From: a virus
Lineage: Duplodnaviria > Caudoviricetes
Direction: 5' to 3' (one strand)
IMG/VR virus record: IMGVR_UViG_3300006120_000019
Location: 1-64,000 of that record
DNA: 64,000 bases
In this document: positions 1-9,541 of the stretch, piece by piece
Layout: every line of letters starts with the position of its first letter
How positions within the stretch are numbered: the first letter of the stretch is position 1
Made by a program: the position numbers and the translations under genes
The notes under the pieces: model-generated
What the model was told of the DNA's origin: nothing
What the model saw: only the letters and a program-made list of their open reading frames with translations
Database searches by the model: none

Positions 1-599
1 TAGGCACTCATACCCATCATGATGTATTCTTCTTCGCCGGCTTTGAGCCCTACGCGGTCAGTCATTGCAGAATAAAACAATCCTATGCTGTGCGGATAGC
101 GTTGCCCCCAAAGTTTAGTATACTTTGCTCGACCGTTGACATATTCTGCTGCCCAAATTGAAATAGTATCTAGTTCACCAATGGCGTCTATAACAACAAC
201 TGTGGCTTTTGTGTAGGGGCTGGTTTGGAATCCTGCGGCAGCGTGCGATAAATGATGGGACATGAATCTCCGAGGGCATCGTAGTAGTCGTTCTTGATGA
301 ACAGATACAGATAGATGTTTACGCAAATACTGATCAAGAGTGAAATTTTTAAAATCAAAGGCTTCATGATATTGTCCCGACTGTAGTTGTTGTAATTTTT
401 TAACCCACGGACGCTCGTAGTAGGCCACAAGATCTGGGTTGCCATAACTTAAAGCGTCTGACATTAGTGCATCGTTGATATGGGCATCATTTTTGATCTT
501 GCTATAACGTTCTGCATGACCAGCAAACAGTATTTCCCCATTGTCAATCAATGAAACTGCAGCATCATGAAATCCAGCACTTATACCTAATATCTTCAT
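1..599 (-). CDS. Carbamoyltransferase, NodU/CmcH/TobZ family (N-terminal part; runs off the window)
   Basis: Hand translation from ATG at 599 gives MKILGISAGFHDAAVSLIDNGEILFAGHAERYSKIKND...HHLSHAAAGFQTSP...VVVIDAIGE...SIGLFYSAMTDRVGLK..EEYIMMGMS. These are the family motifs. It is absent from the ORF track because no stop codon falls in the window. Confidence 0.93.
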   Translation of the reverse strand, partial: MKILGISAGFHDAAVSLIDNGEILFAGHAERYSKIKNDAHINDALMSDALSYGNPDLVAYYERPWVKKLQQLQSGQYHEAFDFKNFTLDQYLRKHLSVSVHQERLLRCPRRFMSHHLSHAAAGFQTSPYTKATVVVIDAIGELDTISIWAAEYVNGRAKYTKLWGQRYPHSIGLFYSAMTDRVGLKAGEEEYIMMGMSA

Positions 600-697
600 T
601 TATAGATAAAAGGATCTCGTTTGCGCAGCTCTTTAAGTTTTTTACGATATCGTATTTCCAGTCGAATCCGATCTATTAAGTTTTTAATCCAGCGCAT
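596..697 (-). CDS. 33-aa basic small protein (MRWIKNLIDRIRLEIRYRKKLKELRKRDPFIYK)
   Basis: Fills the gap between 721 and 599. Its TGA overlaps the carbamoyltransferase ATG (ATGA coupling). Confidence 0.7.
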   Translation of the reverse strand: MRWIKNLIDRIRLEIRYRKKLKELRKRDPFIYK

Positions 698-720
698 GTA
701 TTTTCCTTTTTGTTAACTAT

Positions 721-1788
721 TCAATGACTTGAACTATACTCATATCCAGGAATCAACAAGTTGATTTGTTTTTGGTAGTAGTCTGGGTCTGTCCAGGCAT
801 AGTCATATGTAGCTGATTTATCGCCTGCTTCTATTTTATATATATCCAGATGTTTACTTAGTATGGGCCAAACTTGTTGAAAATCTGTGGTTCCAAAACT
901 ACTTAATAGATTTACCTGTCCCACAGCATGATATCCGTAATTGTATTCAGTATTTTGTGTGTCGAATCTATTGCGATGCAACCATTCTCTGAATCCAGCC
1001 ATTCGATCAGTATGCCAAGGATGTGGTCCATTGAATACAACATCCTGCGCCCATTCAATGTCAAATTCTCCACTGTAATATCTAAGATGTGTAATAGCAT
1101 CACAGGTGGCCTGGTCTATGTCAACTCCTTGTTCGTCCACATACACTTCATAAAGTGTTTTACCAATCTGAGTCCAGTGTAAATATACTTCTCCAAATCG
1201 TTTGTCATATCTAGTTTCGTCAAATGTAGTCTTGTGTTCTGTTGGAAATTCCAAACGAGGTGCATTCAAAAATGTTGTAATTTGACTAGGGCGTACCCAC
1301 TCAGGTAGTGTTGCTTGTTTGCGTTGACTCAGCATAAGACTTTCTGCTTCGTGACACAGATTGTTCAACTGTCTGATAGCAAATTTAGTATAGTAGTCGG
1401 CTTTTTTGTAGTATTCACTTAACCCCCATACTGTGCCTTGTAGATGTTCAAAATGGTTGTGTAGTTGATTCATTAACTCTTGATTAGGAGTGATACCATC
1501 ACGTAGCGTGTCTGGTGCAAAGACTTCGTTGATGCAGTAGCTATTGCCAAAAAATTGATTGATAGTATTTTTTGCCCAGGTCAGTTCTTTACAGATATAT
1601 GTTAGATCACGTGCACTGTTTGGAAAACCTAGAAAACAAAAATTTTTTTCTAGATAATTTGATTGTATCAGCAGATCTTGCAATGCATTGTACCAGCGTA
1701 CACTCATTGGAGATTGATATACCTCAATTGTGTAATCAACCGTTTCTGTTTTTTTTAAAGGATTTCTAAGTATTATTTTAACATTCAA
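721..1788 (-). CDS. Hypothetical protein, paralog of 3063..3848
   Basis: Long ORF in the operon. Shares LHxxxE, LxxxxHxxE/Q and FGxxxL...G motifs with 3063..3848. Confidence 0.8.
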   Translation of the reverse strand: MNVKIILRNPLKKTETVDYTIEVYQSPMSVRWYNALQDLLIQSNYLEKNFCFLGFPNSARDLTYICKELTWAKNTINQFFGNSYCINEVFAPDTLRDGITPNQELMNQLHNHFEHLQGTVWGLSEYYKKADYYTKFAIRQLNNLCHEAESLMLSQRKQATLPEWVRPSQITTFLNAPRLEFPTEHKTTFDETRYDKRFGEVYLHWTQIGKTLYEVYVDEQGVDIDQATCDAITHLRYYSGEFDIEWAQDVVFNGPHPWHTDRMAGFREWLHRNRFDTQNTEYNYGYHAVGQVNLLSSFGTTDFQQVWPILSKHLDIYKIEAGDKSATYDYAWTDPDYYQKQINLLIPGYEYSSSH

Positions 1789-3070
1789 TTTGATTCCACC
1801 ATTCTAAAATTGTTGGTCTTATACCAAGTATGTCTTGCATGGTATAAGTATCTTGTCGTATTTTTTCTAATTCTAAGATACGGGCTTTGCCTTTGCTGAT
1901 GCCTTGCTGATAATATTCTGGCCACTGCTCACCAAAAGTTGGTCTTGACCGTAGTTGTGACAGGACATCATGCATGGCGCCAGTTGACACTGTCAACAGT
2001 TCGTCGATCCAAGGATTTAACAGTTCTCTTGGTAACGCCAACGGACTCATGACAATATCAGGGCTAAAACTAAAAATAACTTTGGATAATATTTCTACAC
2101 CTAATTCTCTGGCCAAAATCTGCATGTTTTCTATTTCAAACATGCCTGGTAATGTGAGTGTAAAATCTAATCGCATGTTTCTTGGATTTTTACTGTGCTG
2201 GATACCTTCTTGGAAATTTTGTAAAAAGTTATTGTAATCAAGACCAGTTCGTATGTATTCGCCTATTTTTCCAGTTCCATCAAGGCTTGCACAGATTTGC
2301 CAATCACGAATACCACTGAGTATATCGCTATAAAGATTAGTGCCGCGATACTCAATTCTACTAAGATTTGTATTGTATCTTGCATAGACTTGACCTCCAT
2401 CTCCTAGTTCAACTATTCTTTTCATATAGCGCCAATGCTGTTCAAACATCAGTGGTTCACCTCCTACCCAATATACTTCTTCCACACGGTGTTCTTCCAC
2501 TGCTTGACTAAATTCAAGCTCAATTTGATTGTCTTGGAATTTACTAATCTGTGTTCGTATATCTGGCAACATCCAGTTGTTTTTTGGGTTGGCCCAGTTG
2601 ATAGTGTTGTTTTGTCTCTGTTCACTTTCCCAACTTGAACTCAGCATATCTCCGCACATGCGGCACTTGAAATTGCAAAGATTGCTAAATCTATAGTCCC
2701 AGCTCACTGGTTTCATAGTGGTGTATCCAGTATCGTCGGTGAATTTGACAATTTCGCTATACTTATGTTCAAACAACTGATTAAAATAACTACGATATAC
2801 ATTTGTGTTCAACAGCTTGTTATTGCATACTTCACACTCTGGCAAAGTTTCTCCTGCCATCATGCGTCGGCGCACACTTCGCATGTGATCACTGTTCCAG
2901 TGTTGTTCGAGTGTAATAGGAGCATACACACCTGTGCCTGCATGAGTATCTATGTATTGTCCAAAACTTTGAGCCGGTTCTCTACTGGCACAACACATAC
3001 GCCTTTCAGTTTGCGGACTCAAGTAAGTATGTGTCCAAGGCGCCATACACAAAGTATCTGGTTTAGTCAT
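1778..3070 (-). CDS. Twitch-domain radical SAM protein
   Basis: CNFKCRMC (CxxxCxxC) and GGEP. N-terminal CMAPW...CC...CEVC auxiliary Fe-S motif. Confidence 0.92.
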   Translation of the reverse strand: MTKPDTLCMAPWTHTYLSPQTERRMCCASREPAQSFGQYIDTHAGTGVYAPITLEQHWNSDHMRSVRRRMMAGETLPECEVCNNKLLNTNVYRSYFNQLFEHKYSEIVKFTDDTGYTTMKPVSWDYRFSNLCNFKCRMCGDMLSSSWESEQRQNNTINWANPKNNWMLPDIRTQISKFQDNQIELEFSQAVEEHRVEEVYWVGGEPLMFEQHWRYMKRIVELGDGGQVYARYNTNLSRIEYRGTNLYSDILSGIRDWQICASLDGTGKIGEYIRTGLDYNNFLQNFQEGIQHSKNPRNMRLDFTLTLPGMFEIENMQILARELGVEILSKVIFSFSPDIVMSPLALPRELLNPWIDELLTVSTGAMHDVLSQLRSRPTFGEQWPEYYQQGISKGKARILELEKIRQDTYTMQDILGIRPTILEWWNQIEC

Positions 3071-3848
3071 AAAATTCCAAGTGATCTATTTCAATAATGT
3101 CTGGTGAACGTTTTATTTGATGAAAAAGATTTTGATCAGTGACTGATCCTATCACTGCCAAACCAGTATAATATCTAATTTTTTCTATGCCGTGTAATTC
3201 AACAAATGCAGGATCATTGGTCTGGAATGCATCTAATATGGTGTCAACATTAATTTTGCGCTGGTTGGTAAGCACTACACCAGGCCTAATAACATTATGA
3301 AACTTGCAGGTGGTTTCCAAAGAAGAAAAATCATTTTCTGCCCAAATCTGCAGTGGATTATGCCCCACATGAGGATTGATCAATATTAGATCTCCAAAGT
3401 TGGCATAGTCTTGAAATTTAAAACTAGCAGGCAACGGAATTGATTCATCAACAAACCATTCCAGCTGAAAATTTACTAGCCGTTGATTTGATGGTCGATT
3501 ACCTTGAATAGCGTGTAAACAATGGTGAAGATCATACAACAGATCATCATACTCTTCAGGTATGTTAGCAAATCCTAGTTTGCCTAGAGAATTTTCTAGA
3601 TCTTTATGTAGCTTGGCTGTTACTGTTAAATCATAACTGTCAGACAACCAGTCCCATCCAAACGCATCCTTGGCGCGATGTGCCAATTCAATCATATAAT
3701 CAGGAGTATAAATTAATACATCTCGATAAAAAGGTGGCTGTTGTTGATTGTACTTGCGAGTAAGGTCAAAGTAAAGTCGTCCTGTTTCTGTATCATTGAC
3801 ACTTATTTCCACACTGGGGTGGTTTTTAAATAAAATTTTAATCTTCAT
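3063..3848 (-). CDS. Hypothetical protein, paralog of 721..1788
   Basis: Overlaps both neighbours. Shares motifs with 721..1788. Confidence 0.8.
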   Translation of the reverse strand: MKIKILFKNHPSVEISVNDTETGRLYFDLTRKYNQQQPPFYRDVLIYTPDYMIELAHRAKDAFGWDWLSDSYDLTVTAKLHKDLENSLGKLGFANIPEEYDDLLYDLHHCLHAIQGNRPSNQRLVNFQLEWFVDESIPLPASFKFQDYANFGDLILINPHVGHNPLQIWAENDFSSLETTCKFHNVIRPGVVLTNQRKINVDTILDAFQTNDPAFVELHGIEKIRYYTGLAVIGSVTDQNLFHQIKRSPDIIEIDHLEFYD

Positions 3849-5059
3849 GGGCCAGTGTATGCAATTATTTGAGCAAGTTCAGGCTCGACATGAGCAAGAT
3901 TTTGATTGCGTTTGCGATCCAGATCTGCCACTCGCATACGAAGTATATTACCATCAAGACTGACTCCGCAATTCATAAAATCTATTATTTTTGCAAATTC
4001 TTGTTGCGTAGTTGTGCTGACCACTGCATTTTCTAATGTTTGTTGTATCAATGTTTTGGCAGTGGCAGGCAACGTGCTGATACTGAAATAATAAGCTTCG
4101 TGCATCATATTCCAATAAACAAAATCAAATGCTTGTTGATCGATCCACTGTGCAAGTTCGTTGAGATACAGTACATTAAACACATTTACTGTGGCACATA
4201 CCTGCAGTCGAATATTTGAATGGTGTTCTCTTAGTGTACGAAACCATCCTATATTTCTACAAACTTCAGACCAAACTGCATTTGATCTTTGATATTCAAA
4301 TCGATCACCTATGTCATCTATACTAAATGCAATCTCTACCAGTTTAAAATGTTGCCATATTGCATCAGCATCCTCTGGATATTGTGTGCCATTTGTATTA
4401 TAATGTATTTCAATGTTGCCAGCAATACCTCGATCTACCAGGCCTTGCAACATGTCAAAGTGTTCTTGAATCATAAATGGCTCGCCGCCTGTGAATTCAA
4501 TGTATCTAATTTGATCTACTACCTGATCTATTTCTGACCAAAATGTAGGATTTTCCCTGGGCCATGATCCTTGTTTGAGCATGGTATAGTGATGATTATT
4601 TTTCTTGTCTTCACCTCGGCGTAACCAATGCAGTTCTTCAACAGCAAATGTACTTGATGACCACGAACCACATATACGACATTTAAGATTGCAAATATTT
4701 CCTAATTTCAGATCTAAAAACATCAGAGGCTTGGCATCAGCAGTCCATGTTTGATCTGGCAACATATGTTTTAATCTGTCTAATGTATGCATACGTTTGC
4801 TAGTACGACCAGAGCGTTCTTCTCTCCAGCATTTCCTACAGGCACTTGGTTGCTTCTTGTCCAAGAATTCTTGCCGTAATGTTTGCATGTAATTGCTGTT
4901 TTGTATGTTTACAAAACTTGCAGTGTTCAAATCAAACTTGTTACCATTGTTGTCAACGATTTCTTCTTCGGCTAAACAACATGGTCTTACAGTCCCAATG
5001 GGACTGGTTTCTAAGCTGACCCAAGGCAACACACAGAATTTGTCATGAGGTATGTTCAT
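3845..5059 (-). CDS. Twitch-domain radical SAM protein
   Basis: CNLKCRIC and FTGGEP. N-terminal CVLPW...PCC...CRKC. Confidence 0.93.
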   Translation of the reverse strand: MNIPHDKFCVLPWVSLETSPIGTVRPCCLAEEEIVDNNGNKFDLNTASFVNIQNSNYMQTLRQEFLDKKQPSACRKCWREERSGRTSKRMHTLDRLKHMLPDQTWTADAKPLMFLDLKLGNICNLKCRICGSWSSSTFAVEELHWLRRGEDKKNNHHYTMLKQGSWPRENPTFWSEIDQVVDQIRYIEFTGGEPFMIQEHFDMLQGLVDRGIAGNIEIHYNTNGTQYPEDADAIWQHFKLVEIAFSIDDIGDRFEYQRSNAVWSEVCRNIGWFRTLREHHSNIRLQVCATVNVFNVLYLNELAQWIDQQAFDFVYWNMMHEAYYFSISTLPATAKTLIQQTLENAVVSTTTQQEFAKIIDFMNCGVSLDGNILRMRVADLDRKRNQNLAHVEPELAQIIAYTGP

Positions 5060-6420
5060 TGTTTTAAAATCCTATGTGTTCGACCTTGTGGTATTCTTGA
5101 TGATTCTCTGCGATACTGTACAATAGATGCCAGTTCTGGTACCACTGACATTAATGATTCATTGCGACTCCAATCAAGATCATTTACTGTGTCCCAAAAG
5201 TCGCCTAGCAGGTGACTGTTGTCTGTGGACATCATAAACTGTATTGCGCCTTCAAATCCTCCTACTGCTCGTTGAATGGTATCAAGTGGACGTAGCCATT
5301 CTATGTGTTGTTCAAACTGTTGTTTAAACTGTTGCTTGATGTCAGCCGGTAACATATCAATTCGATAATCCTGCGGTCCTTGTAATATATTCAAGTTAAA
5401 GTCTTTGGCTTCAATGAATCCTTGATCAACCATATAACGGTGAAAACTAACCAAGTTCCACACATTCATCATACTGAGCGTGGGACTAATCATAAAATCA
5501 ATATGTGGGCATTCACGTTTTAAATCACGAATATTTTGTTCTACTTCAGTCCAGTTTGTTCCTGAACGTATAATACTAGCACGATCTCCCATGTCATCCA
5601 AACTGGCAGCAACACATACATTAGGAAATTGTTTCCATAAGTCTAATACATTTTCGCCTTTGAATTTTAATTCAGTGAGATTTGTATTGTAAATCAAACG
5701 TACATTTGTATTGCCTTTGTCTATTAGCAGTTTTAAAATACGGTTGTGTTCTTCCATGATCAATGGTTCGCCGCCGGCAAAGTAAATCTGGTCAAGATGC
5801 GGAATATGTTCCTGCATCTGCTCCCAGACATCTTCATCATGTCTTCCAGCAAATTGTACTCTGGGTCTCAATGGTTTACCCCATAGTCGTACATCGTCAT
5901 CATACCAGCGACTGCTAAAAATGCTTCCGCAACTGCGGCATTTTAAATTGCATATGTTACTGAATCGCACATCCCAGTAATGCAATTGCATGTCGGGCAA
6001 ACTGCCATCTGGCAGTGTCATGTCAATTTCTGCTATGTATTGCCCAAAATTTTTGTTTGAATTATTGCGCATACTGGCAAATCCTGCGGCCTCTTGCTCG
6101 TAACAATCACTGCACTGACGACAGGATTTGTCTTCTAACATGTTGGTTCGCATTTCTCGCATGTCAGTGTCGTTCCAAATTTCTCGCATGCTTTTTTCTT
6201 TAAAACTGCCCACAGGATGGCTAGCATTGGCCAGACAACATGGATAAGCACGACCATCAGGCCATGCATGCAAATGTATCCAGGGTAACATACAAAAAGT
6301 ATCACTGTCTATCAGTCTATGACGTTGTTGCTCAGTGAGTTCTTCCAATTTGATATAGCTAGGAATTCTATCTTTCCAGTTGTATTTGCCTAGTATTTTT
6401 GTCATAGTGTGTTGTACCAA
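5056..6420 (-). CDS. Twitch-domain radical SAM protein
   Basis: CNLKCRSC and FAGGEP. N-terminal CMLPW...PCC...CSDC. The true start is probably the second or third Met (near 6405). Confidence 0.93.
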   Translation of the reverse strand: MVQHTMTKILGKYNWKDRIPSYIKLEELTEQQRHRLIDSDTFCMLPWIHLHAWPDGRAYPCCLANASHPVGSFKEKSMREIWNDTDMREMRTNMLEDKSCRQCSDCYEQEAAGFASMRNNSNKNFGQYIAEIDMTLPDGSLPDMQLHYWDVRFSNICNLKCRSCGSIFSSRWYDDDVRLWGKPLRPRVQFAGRHDEDVWEQMQEHIPHLDQIYFAGGEPLIMEEHNRILKLLIDKGNTNVRLIYNTNLTELKFKGENVLDLWKQFPNVCVAASLDDMGDRASIIRSGTNWTEVEQNIRDLKRECPHIDFMISPTLSMMNVWNLVSFHRYMVDQGFIEAKDFNLNILQGPQDYRIDMLPADIKQQFKQQFEQHIEWLRPLDTIQRAVGGFEGAIQFMMSTDNSHLLGDFWDTVNDLDWSRNESLMSVVPELASIVQYRRESSRIPQGRTHRILKQ

Positions 6421-7790
6421 TCTGCCAAGGCAGGAAATGTTGGACAGAAGTCTTTGCCTCTGCGTTGATCGTACTGCTGATAAAAGTTTTTAAAGTCTCT
6501 TTGTAGTATAATCTGTGCCATGGCTTGGTCATGTGCTTCTGTTACTTCGTCGATATAACTGATTAATCTACTTAATTGATTCCATTCAAATTCTTGCATG
6601 CCATTTGACATATCACGATATCTCACTGCAAAGTCAGTTAACCTATTACTGTATTTCCTACGAAGATACTTTGGCAACACAGTTAATGATTGAAAGCTTG
6701 GAAAACGTAAAATATTCAAAGAGAAATTCACTGCATCATTTCCGTATTCTAGCTTCCAATTCATAATGCATTCTAAGAAACTATCTAAGCTGTCTAAACA
6801 CAATGCATTGATTGTACACATGATATGTATGCCACGGAACTTGCCTGAATCCAATAAGCGTTCCACGTTGTTGGCCCAGTCATCCCACACAAGTCCATCT
6901 CGAATATATTCAGCTTGCAGACTCATTGACTCGTTACTGGTGTACAAATCAACTTCAACACCATCTATGGAATCAAGTAATCGATCTATGTCAACATCTG
7001 TGCCCAAGTTTGAGTTGATAGCAAGTCGTGTTTTACTCCGGCCTTGGTTGGTTTTAAACCAGTCAATCAGTCGCCAAGTTTCAGCACTCATCAAAGGTTC
7101 GCCGCCTGTGATTCTCAGTTCTTGTAGTGTCTGGTGTAGGTCTGACTCCCACCATGCAAAGAAAGCATCCACGTAAGGATTAGATTCGCCAAACTTATAC
7201 AATTGACTACTACTATGCTCATGAGTAAAGTGGTTTCGACCGTCTGATACCAAGCCTGTGTAAGCACCATTGGTTCGAATATCTTTAACCCAAGTACTAC
7301 TGAAAGCAGGATTGCAATAGCTGCAAGCAAACTGACATGTACGATCAAAAGCAATCTCGAGTGTTCGGAGATCAAAGTCTTCTTTGGCTGGTGTTCTGAA
7401 TGCACGATCAAGTTCCTCTATAGGGTAAATTTTGCTTTTGTATACACGATCACTGATAGGTACCGGAACATCACTTTTGGCATATTTTGAATCCTTGTAC
7501 ATGTCTTCGATCTTCCAGCAGTACTCGCATCCTGCAGGTCGTTCACCGCGTTGCATTTGCTCACGCTCCAGTTTTTTCCGTTGCGTGTTGTGTAATGCCT
7601 TGGGATTGCGTCGGATGTCATCCACATCTATAGCATGTGGCAACGGATGATGGCAGCTGGTAGTCTGCCCACTGCCTAGCCAAATAGTAGCATTGTACCA
7701 TTTGGCCGCACAAAAGCTCTCACTCTTAGTGTCTAATATTTGTTGGCGAAATTCTAAATCATTCATATCATTCCCATTCATTCTGATCAA
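6402..7790 (-). CDS. Twitch-domain radical SAM protein (subfamily shared with 10606..12018)
   Basis: CQFACSYC and ITGGEP. N-terminal CAAKW...SCHHP...CEYCW. Confidence 0.92.
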   Translation of the reverse strand: MIRMNGNDMNDLEFRQQILDTKSESFCAAKWYNATIWLGSGQTTSCHHPLPHAIDVDDIRRNPKALHNTQRKKLEREQMQRGERPAGCEYCWKIEDMYKDSKYAKSDVPVPISDRVYKSKIYPIEELDRAFRTPAKEDFDLRTLEIAFDRTCQFACSYCNPAFSSTWVKDIRTNGAYTGLVSDGRNHFTHEHSSSQLYKFGESNPYVDAFFAWWESDLHQTLQELRITGGEPLMSAETWRLIDWFKTNQGRSKTRLAINSNLGTDVDIDRLLDSIDGVEVDLYTSNESMSLQAEYIRDGLVWDDWANNVERLLDSGKFRGIHIMCTINALCLDSLDSFLECIMNWKLEYGNDAVNFSLNILRFPSFQSLTVLPKYLRRKYSNRLTDFAVRYRDMSNGMQEFEWNQLSRLISYIDEVTEAHDQAMAQIILQRDFKNFYQQYDQRRGKDFCPTFPALADWYNTL

Positions 7791-8946
7791 TTAATATCTG
7801 TCCAATTTCTGGAAATGTATCAATGAAATTTTCTTTTCTATATGCATCTTTTTCTTTTGTCCAAAATTTAAATTGTTGCCAAAGAGGTTGAGCCATAGTA
7901 GTAGTTGGTACTGTTTTCATTAAATTTATAATAGAATCAAATTTTTTATTTTGATAAGAATTTAGTTTTTGTTCAACCAGTGGTTTTATTTTGTCTGGCA
8001 ATACATTTACACAATAATATTGTGGCCATTGTACCAGTATAATAAAAGGTTCTGTGTTGTAATTAGCAAAGTAATCAAAAACATCTGATATATTCCACAC
8101 ATTTATTGCACTGACTGTGGTTACCGGAACAACTGTTACATTTGCATTGGTGTATTCTAAATTAAAAAATTCCTTAATACTATGTTCAGCATCTTCCCAT
8201 TTACCAGGATGTCTTAGATATGTAAATTTAGAACCAATGCCGTCGATACTGATATTGATAACAACTTCTTTGAATCCTGTTAAAATTTTACGCCACTGAT
8301 CAGTTAAAGCATGCGTGGCATTAGTACTCACACATAGATCAATATTTTTTGCCATTCCGGCAGCAACTAATCGTAATAGATATTTTGGAACTTGATCATC
8401 CAAGAACGGTTCTCCGCCATATAATTCAATTCGTTCCAGATTGTTGCTGAATTCAAATAGCTCGTCTAATTGCAAATCAGAAAAATGTTTTTTAAATTTA
8501 TCAATGGTATATGCAGTATTAGATATATTGTTTTTCTTTTCATAATACTCGCCTTCAATATGATATAGATAACTATCTTTGCTCTGGCAAGTACGACACC
8601 GTAGATTGCAAATATTACTTACTTTGATATTCAAATGCTTGGGACCAGACATATAGTAGTCTTTGTTTGTGTAGTCTACTGCTGGTGGCACATCTTTAAT
8701 CAAGTACTGTCTTTCGCTGGTAAATCCCAACTTCTCTTCAGACCAGCAACGACTACACATCTTTAGTTGTTCTCCTTGCTGACTGCGTTGTCTTACATCT
8801 TCAAGCTTGGGATCCATCCAGGTAAGTTTGAATGTTTGGTCAAATTTAAATGACCCGCCTCCTAGTGCTGTACAAGGACTGTATGATCCAGCAGGGTCAA
8901 TTGTGGCATCTAGATAAAATGCTGGGCAGGTATTGGGATCAATCAT
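7768..8946 (-). CDS. Twitch-domain radical SAM protein
   Basis: CNLRCRTC and LYGGEP. N-terminal CPAF...PC...CSRCW. Confidence 0.92.
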   Translation of the reverse strand: MIDPNTCPAFYLDATIDPAGSYSPCTALGGGSFKFDQTFKLTWMDPKLEDVRQRSQQGEQLKMCSRCWSEEKLGFTSERQYLIKDVPPAVDYTNKDYYMSGPKHLNIKVSNICNLRCRTCQSKDSYLYHIEGEYYEKKNNISNTAYTIDKFKKHFSDLQLDELFEFSNNLERIELYGGEPFLDDQVPKYLLRLVAAGMAKNIDLCVSTNATHALTDQWRKILTGFKEVVINISIDGIGSKFTYLRHPGKWEDAEHSIKEFFNLEYTNANVTVVPVTTVSAINVWNISDVFDYFANYNTEPFIILVQWPQYYCVNVLPDKIKPLVEQKLNSYQNKKFDSIINLMKTVPTTTMAQPLWQQFKFWTKEKDAYRKENFIDTFPEIGQILIDQNEWE

Positions 8947-9541
8947 GCAGCAAGTCTTCTAGGTTAGCCCGTAATTGATCGTAATTAGCAATTCTGGGTA
9001 GCTTGACATGATCATGACACTCGGCCAGATCGTCAACAATATTTTCATAGCACAGTTCAATATCAAATTTATCTTGATTTTTTAAATATTCTTCACGTTG
9101 ATCTACTATCATTCGACCACATGTTGCAAACTCTTGAGGTGCAATACTGATTGCTGGTCTGTAATATTGATCATGACTAGAATAGATATTTGTTTTGGAT
9201 GCAATAACATAACTGAGTATTTGTGCAACAATATCCTGACGGTACAATCCAATTACGAATGAATTTTTTAATAATGTGGTATAATGTTCTGGATCTATTT
9301 TATGGTCTGGAAACATTTTAATTATGGTAGCACGATTTTGATATTTACTCACCCATTCTTGTATGCCCAGTGGACTTTTGGGATGAAATATTTCTGCTAA
9401 ATTTACTAGCCCAGTCTTTTTTTCTAGAATGCTACATAATGCATTTGATCCAGTTCTGGGTGTGGTCATTATCAATATTGATTTATTGACCGGGATAGAT
9501 AATTCATAATGTTTGAACTTTATTATTGTATCACTCATCAA
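8939..9541 (-). CDS. Sulfotransferase-like protein (Stf0-like P-loop fold)
   Basis: TTPRTGSNALCSIL resembles the PAPS 5'-phosphosulfate-binding loop. LYRQDIVAQILS resembles the 3'-phosphate-binding R..S motif. A late YE motif is present. Confidence 0.7.
   Translation of the reverse strand: MMSDTIIKFKHYELSIPVNKSILIMTTPRTGSNALCSILEKKTGLVNLAEIFHPKSPLGIQEWVSKYQNRATIIKMFPDHKIDPEHYTTLLKNSFVIGLYRQDIVAQILSYVIASKTNIYSSHDQYYRPAISIAPQEFATCGRMIVDQREEYLKNQDKFDIELCYENIVDDLAECHDHVKLPRIANYDQLRANLEDLLHD

Noticed and set aside
188-445. 85-aa minus-strand ORF from the track
   Set aside because: It lies out of frame inside the carbamoyltransferase gene, so it is a shadow ORF.
596-697. RiPP precursor peptide for the radical SAM array
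   Set aside because: It has no leader/core pattern, no RRE, protease or transporter is seen nearby, and its coupling is to the carbamoyltransferase. Not fully excluded.
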